This document shows, in pieces, positions 1-13,292 of a stretch of DNA of 64,000 bases (position 1 is its first letter; every line of letters begins with the position of its first letter). This DNA comes from Paramecium tetraurelia. Its lineage: Eukaryota. The stretch lies in NCBI GenBank assembly GCA_000165425.1, contig CT868097.1, positions 254,867 to 318,866 on the forward strand, written 5' to 3'. The notes beneath the pieces were generated by a model. It did not search any database and was not told where the DNA came from. It worked only from the letters and a program-made list of their open reading frames with translations. Position numbers and translations under genes: made by a program.

Positions 1-1145
1 TGGATGCTCCTCAAATACTGTTATACTTCATTGATCGTCTAAAAGATATGAATACCATGACCTCTATTAGTAAGTTCGGCTGGTTTAACTATCCAAATAG
101 ATTAATTTTGATTTTATTGAACAAAGTTTTGGAGATCCTCTTTGTTTTTGATATGATATGTTTAAGGTAAGAAATCAAAAACATTCAATCCCTGCTGTTC
201 ATAATACTTTTTCATATTGTAAAAGAGATTCTTCTTGCTACCTAAATGAGTATTATTTTAAATGTGATTATGCAATTTAGTATTAGCATTCACTTCAAAA
301 AGTCTTAAGGTTTAAGAAACCTTCTATGCTTGATCGTAGGATATGATTTTGGAATTCTTCCCTGCTTTTTTTCTCAACTTTTATATTTACAGACCCAATT
401 GATTTGGCAGTAAGTTTTAATATTAAATATCTTAGATGACTATGTTTTACTCATCATTATTATATTGCTATTAAAGGATCTCTTGATTTGATTCAGGAAT
501 CGAATCAATATACGAGTTATTCCTCAATTATTGCCAGAGGAAGTTCACTTATTCTTTTTCCTTATCAACAATAGACCACCACCATCTTCTCTTTAAAATC
601 CATTATACTAATTGCCCATTATTGCCCTTCCCTATATATGCCTTATAGGAGTTGATGGTAGGTTGAACATATAAATTATTAGATAGATTGATTGCATTGT
701 AATAGGTTCTCAAATTGGCATAGTTCAGTTGAAATTAGGGATCCTAAGAATACCTTTCGTCTTCAAAATAAATTCCATTAAATTTTTATTTTACAATTTT
801 CTTCTTCAAGGCTTTCAAAGGAAAGATGTCTGGTTGATATGAAATTTTCGGTTTTATAATCTTTTTCGGCATCTGATGCAAGGTGTTGCCAACTAGCACA
901 CACCTTTCATCTTATTCCTTTTGTATTTTTTTTTCCTTGATTTTAAAATAAATTAAGGGAGGAAGCAGAGATTCACTCGATGAGTCAGATATTAATTCAG
1001 TTTTATTAGAATTCTTAGTGCTTGAGACTACTAATCCATAACAGGAAGGAGGATATTCAAATTCAAACTTAGGCAATTTCATTTCTCTAGGTCCAATAAA
1101 ATAATGATCTGAACTAGGACTGTGAGACGTAAAACTTTTTTTCAT
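1..1145 (-). CDS. Tubulin-tyrosine ligase-like (TTLL) family protein, 3' end runs off window start
   Basis: Ciliate-code translation from ATG at 1145 (MKKSFTSHSP...) is continuous through KAYIGKGNNGQLVQWILKRRWWW, VNFLWQQLR, HNHIQNNTHLGSKKNLFYNMKKYY, FDFLPQTYHI and WIVKPAELTNRGHGIH, which are TTL-domain motifs. Confidence 0.85.
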
Positions 1146-1444
1146 TGTTTTTTTAAAGTTAAAAAATAATTCTAAATAATATATTAATCTTATAATGGGC
1201 AACTATTATTTAAATTGATTATCTCTGAATAATATCAATGTTTCATTTTATTTACAATATAACACCTATTAATTTAAACTCCATTACCGAAATATATATA
1301 TTATTTCTAGAATTAGAAATTTACAGAAACAAAATTTAATATTTTACTAATTCTTAAGATTATGTAGATTCAGAGAAAATTCTAGAATTGAATTAAAATG
1401 CAAACACAAGCGAAAAGAACATGATAATAAAAAATAATATCTAA

Positions 1445-2134
1445 ATGGCCAAACCCTAAGGAGCTGGATCTATTTGGAACCCCAACAGTTGGCATTGGGA
1501 AGAAAAGAATTATACCACTATTGCAAGACAATTAATCGAATAGAAAATTAAGGCAATCAAAGTTGAATCTGGAGACATCATCTTGACCAATATAGAACTC
1601 AAGTCCATCAGTGGAGACGTACTTGTTCGTTATGACTTTAGGCTTAAGTCAACATTCGAAAAGGAAAGTAAGTACTAGTCTATGATTTCGATATTGAAGT
1701 GGAATGGAGAGGTAATTTGATTAAACTAAGTTTAAAGGCTCAAATGAAAGTGATGAAGCAGAAGGAACTTATAAGATTAAAGATCTAAATTCCTTAGATA
1801 ATGATTTTGAATTGATTCATATCAATAGCAGATCCAAAACTAAAATCTCAGACAAATGCAAGGACATGGTTAAGAGAGACATGCACATGAAGTTAAAAGA
1901 GTCTTTCAAAACTTTGATGTAAGAAATAGGTCAATTTGAATCTGACCCTGAAAAATTGTATAAATTTATTATAATATTTGTAGAAAGAAAGATCAAGAAG
2001 CCAGGAAACATGCTGAGGAGTAAATAAAATAAGCCAAAGAACAAAATGGAGAATTGAAGGAACGTATATTTTAAGAATAAAAACTTAAAGAAATGAAAAT
2101 GAAGTAAGAATTTACATAAGTTTCCTCATAATGA
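1445..2134 (+). CDS. Activator of Hsp90 ATPase, Aha1 N-terminal domain protein
   Basis: MAKPQGAGSIWNPNSWHWEEKNYT carries the Aha1 NxNNWHW-type signature, followed by KGKQVLVYDFDIEVEW. It has two short introns, a TGA at 2132-2134, and no visible Aha1 C-terminal domain. Confidence 0.85.
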
Positions 2135-2166
2135 TTAAAAAGTATTAAATATATATAATAGTTTAA

Positions 2167-3304
2167 TCATTTCCATCTTTATTTAACAGATGAATGTTTG
2201 TCTTAATAAACTTGTTTTTTTGCTGGTTTAATTGACATTCCTCTAATATGAGATCTACTTGAACAAGCACTAAAACTGTAATTGTTTATTCTTTTTTCTT
2301 TTTTTGTAATAAATTCTACTTCAATATTCTCCTTGTTGTGACTTTTATGATTGGTTTATGGTGAATTATTTGCTGTATGTTTACTTTATTTCTTATCTTT
2401 ATCATATTTCTAATTTTCAGATGGACGCTCTTTGTAATTGTAACTTAATTATGACTGCTTTAATTCTTCATTAAAATCTAGTTTTATTTTTGATGAATTA
2501 TCATCCTATAAAATTGCACTCTCTTAAAACTTTAATGTTTTTTATGAATGGAACATAAGTACTTCATCTAATCTAGACATGATTTAATCTTCATTAATTC
2601 TTTGTTTTGGATCCTCTTTAAGCATATCAATCACTACATTTTTGAGCAATTCTAAATATCATATTAAATTTACATGAGTAGATGCCTGTATTTATTTTAT
2701 TGATGTACTTCTGGAGATTTGACGATTGAAAGGATGTTGTATCATAGATATTAAAATCGAAAGGTGTCAATTTAGTCATTATAAATAAGCATACCAATCC
2801 TAAACTAAATATTTATGCGGCAATATTTGATTTGCATTTTCCAGATAATACTTCTGGAGCCAAATAATAATCCTGATGTTTGATATTTCCTTATCTAATT
2901 CTTTGTATGTCACTCTTTTATAAAAACAATTCTGGGTCTAACATAATATATTCAGGTAACAAGATTTCCTTAGGATGTATTTAGACTTTATTTTGATTCA
3001 TGTTTGAAAGAATTTATTTGATGGTGCCAACAATTTATGTCTCTTTAAGTGTGAATTCTTGAGTCAAAACAAATTGATGGAGTGTTATTTGATTGTAAGA
3101 GAAAAATGCTTTGATTTCATTTGGAGATCCACAGAATGTAATTTTATCAACTTCCTCAAAGGATTTTAAAATGGGAATTGAAGTTAAAGATTGCAAAAAA
3201 ACATCCTTTGCACTAATATCATATTGTAGTCTTTTTTGACAGAGATTGTCTCTTTCAATTATTTAGCCATAATTATAATCAAGCTTGCTCTAATCAGCAC
3301 CCAT
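2167..3304 (-). CDS. Kinase-fold pseudokinase with predicted N-myristoylation
   Basis: Starts MGADQS. The C-lobe motifs YYLAPEVL and QIFSLGLVCLFIMTK are present, plus MLKEDPKQRI. No HRD, DFG or Gly-loop is recognisable. Confidence 0.65.
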
Positions 3305-3399
3305 TGATTTAACGAATAAATGCAATAAAATTATTAGTATAAAATAGTTGATAATCAAAACTTATTACTTTATAAAGGTTTCATTTTTCCCCCTTTGAT

Positions 3400-4240
3400 A
3401 TGAGAACTCTTTTGCATAAGCATAGATATTTAAGGTCTTTCTAAGAATTGTGGATCTTCAATTCATGAATTATAGATCCTAAGTTTATCTATTCTCCTTT
3501 AATAGTATCTCAATACGATTCAGACATATTCCATCTCTCCCTATTGACACTCTTCCATTGTTCTAGTTTACTTTAGAAAAAGCGAAAAGAGTTCTCTGGC
3601 AAATTATATTCCCTCCAATATCCAATATCAAGCCAAAGAGTAATTAATAACCAAATGAGTTATACCCACACTTAATTTCTCCTTTATATTTATCCCAATA
3701 AAGCCTTATCTCTAGGCATTATTCATAATTCAAATTGTTATTCCAACTCCCTTAATATCTTAGCATATCCAAATTAAATAAAAACAGCTTTAGCTTTAGC
3801 TTTAGGTTTATGATCTTCCTATTTATTCAATACGATTTATACTCCATAATAGGTACCTCCATTTGAATGATATTATCTCCCTTTCAGTTTACCATATCAT
3901 TGGTCCAAAATTGTTAATAGGTTGATCCATATTTCCATATCTTGATACTTTTCAGAACTTATAGTCTCCTAACCATTCTCCTATATATAATTTACACTCT
4001 CTTCAAATAAAACTGTATTTCTAAAGTATCTATTATCAGAAGAATCACTTTCCATATTTTGATATCCCTACCCAAAGGATATTAATATGGCCAATTATTT
4101 GTTGACATAGATTTTACTGAATTTTAACAAGTGTATTAATGAGAACTATTTCAAAATATTCTTAACTTTAGTTTTTCACATTTACATTTCTTATAATAAT
4201 ACTTTTTCCTGATTATACCACCTATCAAGTGTGCTTGCAT
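3400..4240 (-). pseudogene. Decayed MORN-repeat gene (probably IQ-MORN type)
   Basis: MORN-like pieces YIGEWLGDYKF*K, IWKYGSTY, YHSNGGTYYG, RYQGSWNNN and DKYKGE occur in shifting frames. In-frame TGA codons sit at Gly positions (3952-3954, 3884-3886), and no introns explain the shifts. Ends are approximate. Confidence 0.65.
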
Positions 4241-4408
4241 GTTTATAATACATTTCAATAGTGTAATTAATTCATGTTGTATTTAATTTTCCTTTCTGTT
4301 CATTCTCAATCTTTTATTAATTTCAATTTGAATATGATCAAAACTAACGGTTTGTACTCATGTACAATTGCTTAACCCTTATTGCGGATAAATAATTTAA
4401 TAAATATA

Positions 4409-5518
4409 ATGCTTCTTAATACAGAATTTTATCTTTATTTTCCAGAGGGTATATTGTAACATTAGCTTAGGACATGAGATTTTGATAAAGTTTAAGAAGT
4501 ATGAAATTAGAAAGTTCTTTGATGGCTAAATTCAATTTACTTAAAATGAATTGCAATCAATCTAATAATTCAGGCAAAAATATTAAGTTTAAAAGGAGGA
4601 TTCCTTTATATTAAGAATGCTATATGCAACGAAATTTAAGTTTGATAAATGCTAAGAAGCTATTAAAACTTATGATGAGTGGAAATAAAACATGGATCCT
4701 AAAGTAAATCCAATGTCATAAGAATTATTGGTATCATTAGAATTCATTCTCTAGAAACAAGGAGTGATATATATGCATGGGAGAGATAATAGATATCGAC
4801 CAATTATTGTTGTTAATGCTAGAAAAGTTGCAGGAGTTAAAGAAATCGATGTCCTACTATAATCAATGACAATATTTCTTGATTACGTATTAACAAATTG
4901 CATGCTTCCCGGTCAAATTGAGAATTGGTAATTCATATCAATAATTAGGATTGTAATTATGGATTTAGGTGGACTGGGTATTATGGGGTTGCCAAAATAA
5001 GATCTTTATCGAATCATGAATTATTTATCCAGCAATTATAGATCTAGAATGCATAAATGCTATGTTATTAATTGTCATAAAGCGCTTAGTATCACCTGGG
5101 CAATGATTAAAACTTTTCTAGAAGATATAACCGTAATTAACAAGTTCATACTTTAGGTTAATAAAATTCATTTTGAGAGCTGTCCCCTTCCCTTACTTTA
5201 ATATACAAATCCTCAACAATTGGAAAAGAAATATGGAGGAGTCGCCAATGATAAATAGGATAACTTTTGGTAGTTCATATCATTATTGATAGGCCTCCAT
5301 AAGAGATAAGTCCCAATTATCAAATCGCCGTAGACAACATCAAATTGATAGATCAGCTCACATATGTTGAACTCTATAAATCGGGTAAACTAACTAAGAA
5401 TAGAATTTGCCAAGAATTAATTAAGCAACAGGACCTGTAATAAAATAACCAACAAATCAAATTAGCACAAAAGTCTGAAGATGACTTTCAATCTTGCGAA
5501 GAAGATAATGATTTATGA
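4409..5518 (+). CDS. CRAL-TRIO (Sec14-like) lipid-binding protein
   Basis: Contains DSFILRMLYATKFKF, GVIYMHGRDNRYRPIIVVNAR, PGQIENW, SNYRSRMHKCYVIN and NPQQLEKKYGG, with several ~22-25 nt introns. An upstream in-frame ATG exists at 4334. Confidence 0.85.
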
Positions 5519-6688
5519 AATTTACAAACTATTCTTCTTTGCAAATATTTATTTATCAAATGAACTAACTATCTTAGAATGCTGTTGGATAAATAATTGA
5601 ACTGTTTCCAAAGTCTTAGAACTTAATTTTGAATATTTTTTTTTGTTTCCCTGATTTTATTTTAATAAGAAATTTATTTTTATTATAAATAATTTGAATT
5701 TCACCACATACTTTTAAGATAGTTTAGGATTTGAATCCGTTGGAATACAGAGTATATTGCTTTATCATCAAATAGTATTTATATTGTTTGAATCTGAATT
5801 ATTTATTCTATAAGTAAAAGGTTATTAGGATTCATAGTATTTACTTTTGATAAATAGATAGAATATATAATTAATTGTGGATTTTGGATGACTTTTATTT
5901 GGAAAAGAACGAATTTAAAATGGATAATTCCTTAAAATTTTTCAGAAAATACCATGTAAAATATCTTGGTTGTACAATAAACTTTTGTGGAAGCCTAAAG
6001 CTTTTAAAAAATTAAAAGACAATCTTATTATGTTTAAAATGATGAAAACTATCAATGAACAACATTACTTTATTTAATATTAGTGAAAAAAAGAATAAGA
6101 ATTATTAAAAAGATGTAATCCAAGAAATACCTTAACTAATTGTAGATGTCTAAGGACTGTTGGATAAATTTTAGATAGTTAAAGATTAGAAGAGGGTAAT
6201 TATAATTCACTAATATAAGGATAGTATAGAATAATCCAAACTTTTATTTTAGTAGTTCTATTTATTTTATTATCTCATTAGTAATTTAATGCCTGAAATC
6301 AATTAATCCTTGAAATATCAAAATTGAAAGTACATCCTTCTTTAAGTAACATTACTAAACCATTTATGTGAATATTACTAACAATTAAGTGAGACTATTT
6401 AATGGTATCATTAGTGATTCTTGTTATTGACTCATTTTTTATTATGATCTAAGATGTATTGATGTATTTTCTAAAAGAAACGACAGCATTTATAGAGCAA
6501 TTAGTAATTATTGACAAATAGAGATCAAAACTTATTGAACCGTCATCAGGAGATAGAGAAAAGCATAGGATTATAGCTCAATTGATTGGTAGTAAACTAA
6601 TAACAATGATGTGGCTGTTAGTATTGATTCATTTGTGTAATATATTTATTCTAGTTCATCTATCCGTTTTAATTAATTATAATTAATT

Positions 6689-9244
6689 ATGAAATTAATA
6701 ATCTTGATTCTTATATGCACTACTGCTTTTGGTGCGATATTTGAATAGGGATATGTGTCATCGAGCGCAATTCCAGCCCATAAAATATACAGACAAGTAT
6801 TTGAATATTGATTAAGCAAGGATATAAAATTTAATAATAATTTTGCAGAAATTCCAAAAATCGTTTTGAGTGTGATTGGTTACAACTCTAACTACAATAG
6901 TTTAGACTTCTTTTCAAGAGTAACTGACATTACAAATGAGGGTATTATACTTGTATTATGAATAAAGGTTTTTAATTGTAAGTTATAAGCGATTCTGAAA
7001 TCAATGAAATTAGATTTAACTACTTAGCAACAGAACATAAGGATGTTTAAACGATATGCAATAATATTGAAGTTTAAAAGGATTCAATAGACATCAAATT
7101 TAATACTGCATATGATGAATAACCATAAGTAGCAGCTTTTTTGACAGGAATTCACAGAAAAAACTAAGATGATATCATCTTGGAGATAAAATCAATTGAC
7201 AAGAACTCAGTTCATTTAACTACACAATCCAAAGCAGAAAGCTCTCTTGGTTTATGCTTACTCATAGCACCTTCGGATGTATTTAGCAGAAAAGAATTAC
7301 CAATCATGTAAATATCCCAAGGGTTACCAAATACTTGTTTTTATGGAATTTCTTCTTTATCTGGAGTAACAGATAACGGAATTTAATTGAGTTTAAATTA
7401 ATAACAAGTTGAAAACTCATTCGAAATTGGGTTGACCTTGGTGGAAATCAATCCAAATTACATAACCAAATAAGAAGGGGAAGGTGATAATAATACAGTA
7501 TCCTTCGATGATTTAGTCAATAAGCTTAGTCCAGAAGAGCAATAAGTAAATACTGATATTTTTGAGACAGGGAGCAACACTAGTATGAATGGTATATAAA
7601 TAACCTAAGAAGAACTAGATTCAGGATCTCAGATAAACTCTATTTCTTTCATCTATCCAGAACAATAGAAATAATTGTATATTGAAGATGAAGAACAAAA
7701 TCTCTCATCAGCTCAAGAGGATGGCTAAGAAATCATGACAATCAGTGAGTCATGGTTGTAACATGACTTATCAGTTGTAGATTCTTCTGAAGACTAATCT
7801 GAAGTTTCTCTTGACAACACTAGCACTTAAGCTTAAATCAATGAAGGATAACAATTCTTAACTAATTTGATTAAACCACAAGATTATAACACAAACTCAA
7901 TTGAATAGGAAGACTTTTAATCATTTAATCGTTAACCCGAGAACATTGCTATTGTTGATAGTACTTAATCAATTATAGATGAAAACTATAATAGAAATAA
8001 TTAAGAATTTGAATCTGAAAACTCTATTTCTATGGATTCCTCAATGTCATATGATGTTGAAAACAAAATCGAAGATTAGATTGAGGAATAAATTGATTCT
8101 TCATAATAATAAACTGTTGTTGAAGATCTACAAGAGTAGATTGTGGAAATGCAATAGGAAATGTAAAATTTGTAACAAAATTCTGAAAGCAATTCATCAT
8201 CCGAATTGGATCCATTCAAAATTATTGAACAACAACAGTTTATAGTTGAATAATAAAAATAATTGGTTGAATAACAATAATAAATCATTCAATAATATTA
8301 AAGATTATTTGAAGAGTAAGTTAAGATGTTATCTGATAAACAACCAGATAATTAATTGAATGAATAAGGAGACTAGGAATTAAAAGTGGAAAGCAATGAA
8401 GACACAAAATAAGAGCAAATAGAAAATAATCCAACTTAAAGTGAAAATGCCAAGCAAAATCAAGAAACTAATTAAGTTGAATAAAAATAGGAAGAATCTT
8501 AAAATGAAGAATAATTGTCATAAAATACTTAAGATCAAAAGTATGTGTTGTAGGATATTCCAAAACTCAGTTTAGAAGATAAAAATGACTTAGAAAAAGA
8601 TTTAGAATCATTTGACAGACTCAAATAGAGAAAAGATTAAATTGATGAATAAAAAGCTACCAAAATATTAAAAGAAATAACTAAAAATTTATAAAATGAT
8701 GACAAATTAGAAGAAAAATTTAATTAATTAGAAGATGGCCTTAGCGATGTCTTATAAATGAAATAATCCAATGTTGTTGAATCTAATTAAAATAATGAGT
8801 TTACCAATACTGCTTCGAATAAGAGAGTTGAATTTAGCAATGTCTAAAATAAACTTCCAAGTAATTCCATTTAATTATTATTCTTTAGCCTCTGAACTTT
8901 AAGATGTGAGTAATTAAGTTGAAAACATAAGTTTATAAGAAATCAGTGAAGCGATATTCCCATAAGAATATGAAATGGAATAGGCATATTTTGATTGGAC
9001 AATGAATTAAGGTTTCATTAAAAATAGAAATGAGTAATCAAACAATTAAGAACTTATCTAATAATCAATTATGCCAAACTAATAAAGCCAAGAAGAATTA
9101 TAAAAGCAAATTGAAGAATTCTTAGAATTAGATAACAATGATTCACATCTGAGCGATCCACTTTTTGACGATTTTCATTCATTCTTTTCTGTTAATTAAT
9201 AAGTTAAAAACAATTTAAGGAAGAGAAAAGTATTAAATGTTTGA
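6689..9244 (+). CDS. Secreted protein with N-terminal H-type lectin-like domains and long acidic Q/E/N-rich tail
   Basis: Signal peptide MKLIILILICTTAFGA. Two H-lectin-like segments follow (DIKFNNNFAEIPKIVLSVIGY...SRVTDITNEGF and IKFNTAYDEQPQVAAFLTGI), then low-complexity acidic sequence ending NLRKRKVLNV*. Confidence 0.65.
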
Positions 9245-10790
9245 ATGATTTCATTATAATAAAAAAATATGATAAAACTATTTCTTTAATCAATGTATTT
9301 TAGATAATTTAATAATATAATAAATCTAGGTTACCCTAAATGGACTATTTATTATATTCTTAAAATTTTAATTAATAAATTTTCTTAAACAATTACCATC
9401 CCAATTTAAATTTGCTTCTAATATATATTTAAAAGATGAGGCATTATTGAAACATAAAATAATGAACACCTTAATGCATCAAAATTGTGATGATAATATT
9501 CTCAAAAATTATTTTATAGAATTTTGATAATATTTAAAGGCTCCATTTTAATATGAATTTTTTGTAATATAAATATTCCATTCTACCTAAAATTTATGAT
9601 TATTTTACTTAGTTATTAACAGCTATTAGAATTATGAATTTTAACAAATGTATGTTAGATGAATTGGATATATCTTTTTTGATTGGCTCTATATGTAAGT
9701 GATCTATACAATTATAAGAATGTTATGCAATAATATTTTGGACAAAAAAATATATAATAATAGAATTTTCATAAATCAAGTAAAATAAATGGAATTATAA
9801 TTTAGGTACTTAATAATTCAAAGTTTCTCAAATTATTTTATTATAAAAATTAAAATTCGTATACTTTAATAAATTAATGAATGCACACATAGTTGAATTA
9901 ATATAGATATATCATTTTGAATAAATAATTGAATTTGTAGTGATCTCATAATTTAAAATACGCCTCTGCTTTGATCAAATTCGTACGTTCAGTTATTTCA
10001 TTCCCATTTCTATTATAGATTCGAAAGCTTGATATATATTAATTCGGAAAGGTGAGTTTTAATATCCCTGAAGCAACAGTTGAATCGTATATGACTTGCT
10101 CTTGATCATTATAAGATATATAAACAATGAGACTATAACGTCTGTTACCTCTATCCCATAACCATATAGTAAAAGTATTTAATTCATAAACTTATCTCAA
10201 GCTTATTATGATAGAGTTATCAATGTAACAGTAGGTAAAGCCAGTGCTAGTAGTGACCAAATAAATTTAATCCCTAAATAAGATTCCGTTTTTCTGACCA
10301 CCATCTAAGAAATTAGTTTATATCGTTTCTAGGAATGGCCCATTCGAATACGATAGAACATTTTAATAATTGCCACGTATGATTGATCTGATTTTGGATT
10401 TCTGACAACAGTTTCCTAAAATGATTAACAACAAGTTAAGGAAAAGTATTTTATTTAAAACTTAATTAGTATTTAGCATAAAAATTAAGAATCTATATCA
10501 ACATAAACCAATTTGAATTTCCATTAATTAATAATTATTCTAATTTAATAGTAACATCATCTTTTACATCAATAAATTCATTTCTATGAATTAAAATCAC
10601 GATTCAAACAAATGTTTTAAAGGAAATCAATCATAAAAACTTCAAGTAATTCTAAAAAACTCAAAAATTTAAAGAAATATTATTAATAGAAGCCATAATT
10701 AGTTTAAAGCATATTATTATCTAATTTAAATTGAAAACTAAGTTTTACAAATACATAAATAAATTATTTAATTAAGCAATTTCTATTAAA

Positions 10791-11864
10791 ATGAATGTTA
10801 AAGCAATTTCAACTTAAGGCGCTGAGAAAGACTTCCCAATAAAAGGGACTAACTTTGGTGATCTAATTGATGAATTAGAGGGCGGATAAAAATTTTAGGA
10901 CTTTTAATTCTATTATAATGGAAATCTATTATCAAACATTGCAAAAGGCACAAAGCTTGAAAAAATATGTTAAGCCAACTAAGGGCCAATACAAATCTAA
11001 GTATTATATATGTTTATTAAAGAGAAAAGACAATTCATCTAAAATATTGACTAACCCCAGCCAATTTATCCAACCCCAACAAGTGAATCCAATCAATTTT
11101 TAATAGCCAATTCAAACTGATGTATGGGCTACTTCTGTTTAACAACAACCTATAGACGAAATTCTTCCACCTGTTAATAATAACGTAAATAACTCAGCTA
11201 ATCAAACCCATACTAAACCAAATTTTTTCAATTCTGTTAATGCTAGCGGTATTGTTTTTAATCCACAAAAATTTGCTCCAGCGCCATCAAACTTACCTGT
11301 GCAATAGTTGTAACCTGTGCAATAGTTGTAACCTGTGCAATAGTTGTAACCTGTGCAATAGGTGTAACCTGTGCCATAGATATTACCAAATATTCAACCA
11401 ATCAATTAAAATCAGCCCCCTTTTAGAATATCTAATCAACCTCCAGTTACACCACCACCAACTTAATCGTTAAGAAAAGAAGTAATATATAGAGCTTAGA
11501 TTAATGACGAGTAGAATATTTATTAATATTTAGATAAAAGATTATTAATGATTTTAGAGTTAGAATTACAGATAAAGGAAATAGAGTAGAGTTAGAAAAT
11601 GAGAAATATGATATGAAGGCGGTATTTTTAGAAGAAAATGCAAATGAAGTAATTTAAGCTAATATCTAATAGAAAATATAAACAGAAATTAAATCTTAAT
11701 TAACTAAGGAAGCTTATGCTTAAGATATAAAACTTGTTGTGAAATGTCTAGTTGGGGAACAAAATTAATCAACTAAAGTTATTTTTAAGAAAAATTTAGA
11801 TGGTTTGGCCATTTAATGGGCGACTGGCTTAATAACATTGTTTGATTTTGATTTGTCTATTTGA
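10791..11864 (+). CDS. Hypothetical protein with Q/P-rich middle region
   Basis: Open in ciliate code from MNVKAISTQGAEKDFP with one short intron. The N-terminus may be ubiquitin-like (weak). It contains PVQQLQ repeats and ends LFDFDLSI*. Confidence 0.6.
11296..11379 (+). repeat. 18-nt coding tandem repeat (cctgtgcaatagttgtaa), about 4.5 copies
   Basis: Three perfect copies, one single-mismatch copy and a partial copy, encoding PVQQLQ x3, PVQQVQ and PVPQ. Confidence 0.95.
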
Positions 11865-12015
11865 AATAATCAATCAAAATAAAATAATAATAAATTATTC
11901 ATTTCAATTAAGACTTTGCAATTTCTTATATATATATCTATATCAATGTTTTTAAATAGAAATTCTGTAAAAAATGATTTTATATTATAAATTTAGAAAC
12001 TAACATACACCTAAA

Positions 12016-13159
12016 TCACCATTATAATATTAAGTACGCAAGCAATATTGGAATTAATATCCACAAAATCTACACCAAAGGGCTTCTTGCAATGGATCTT
12101 TTATTCATCGTAAATACCAGCATAGGATCTTAAGTCTTTCTAAATTTTTGAATGCTTTTGTTAATCAAAATTAATCTCTATATACAATTATTTTAAGACA
12201 GAATATTGTTTTTTTAAGATCTATCAATATTTAATAGACTAGGTAGTAAAAATGATAGCCTTTTTAATGATTTCCAATCTTTTTCAATTTAAAGATTTAA
12301 ATACATTACTAACCCACTTTGATGTAAATATAATGATAATCCACTTTAGCCATTACTTAATTATTAAATGAATGGGAGCAAAACATCTTTAATTTACTAA
12401 ATTAAGGTTGAAATTTGATAAGAAGTATCGTTGTCATTTAAATCTATATAATCCTCTTGTAGTATTTTGGCAGTAGCAATTGGAAGAAAATATTTAATTT
12501 ACCCATCATTATTTAATTAAAACTCTGTTTATTCTTTGTTTGATAGTTCAACAATATCCTCTGTCAATATTTATGCAGTTATTTATCCATCAATAATTTA
12601 CACCAGCTACAATTGTGCCAAGTATCCAATCTAGATATTAATGAATACTTACATCTTAATTTTGTTTAGATTAGAATGTTATAACGAATTTTTTAATGTT
12701 ACTAAATATCTATTTAATTAATTCTTAATTTTTTGGGAAACTTTTGAATTATCCCTTTTCTAAAACAATTCTTTGATATTAATATGGTGTAATAACTTCT
12801 TTTGTATACAGGATGATTAATTTTTCAGATTATTAATTATTTTCCTCTTTATTTTCTATTTGCTATTTTTAAGGATTATCAGCGATGCTCAGATGCTTTT
12901 TCAATTCATTGACTGTAGACTTAATTAATAAATTTTCTTTTAAATTCTTTATCTCTATTGTGATTGTACCTCTAAAATTAAAGAAATTTTAAAACCTGCA
13001 TGTTGGACAACGTGGAATCTATTTGACTGCATTTGAGATGCATTCCTTACAAAATGTATGTCCACAAGGGATGGTTATTGGATTAGTTAAGAAAGTTAAG
13101 CACAAAGAGCATTCAAATTCTTATTAAAGGAACTTAGGTATAGGGGTTGTATCGATCAT
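12016..13159 (-). CDS. RING finger + LON-substrate-binding domain protein (LONRF-like) with C-terminal TM helix
   Basis: RING: ECSLCLTFLTNPITIPCGHTFCKECISNAVKQIPRCPTC. LON-domain end: LSFLLPSLLNIDRSQKNNILSQNNCIQRL. Terminal hydrophobic stretch: LVQILWILIPILLAYLILQW*. Confidence 0.8.
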
Positions 13160-13292
13160 TTAAATTAATGTTTATAATATTTATGAATAATTCCAAAATA
13201 AAAGAGTAACTATTAGAATCCAATATTAAATTAGGTTATTATAACAAATGTCTTAGTTTATGACAATATTGATTATTTTTATTAATATATTT

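Noticed and set aside
11240..11473. Apparent Cys-rich CNSCNL repeat protein (metallothionein-like)
   Set aside because: It is an off-frame reading of the PVQQLQ repeat within the 10791-11864 gene.
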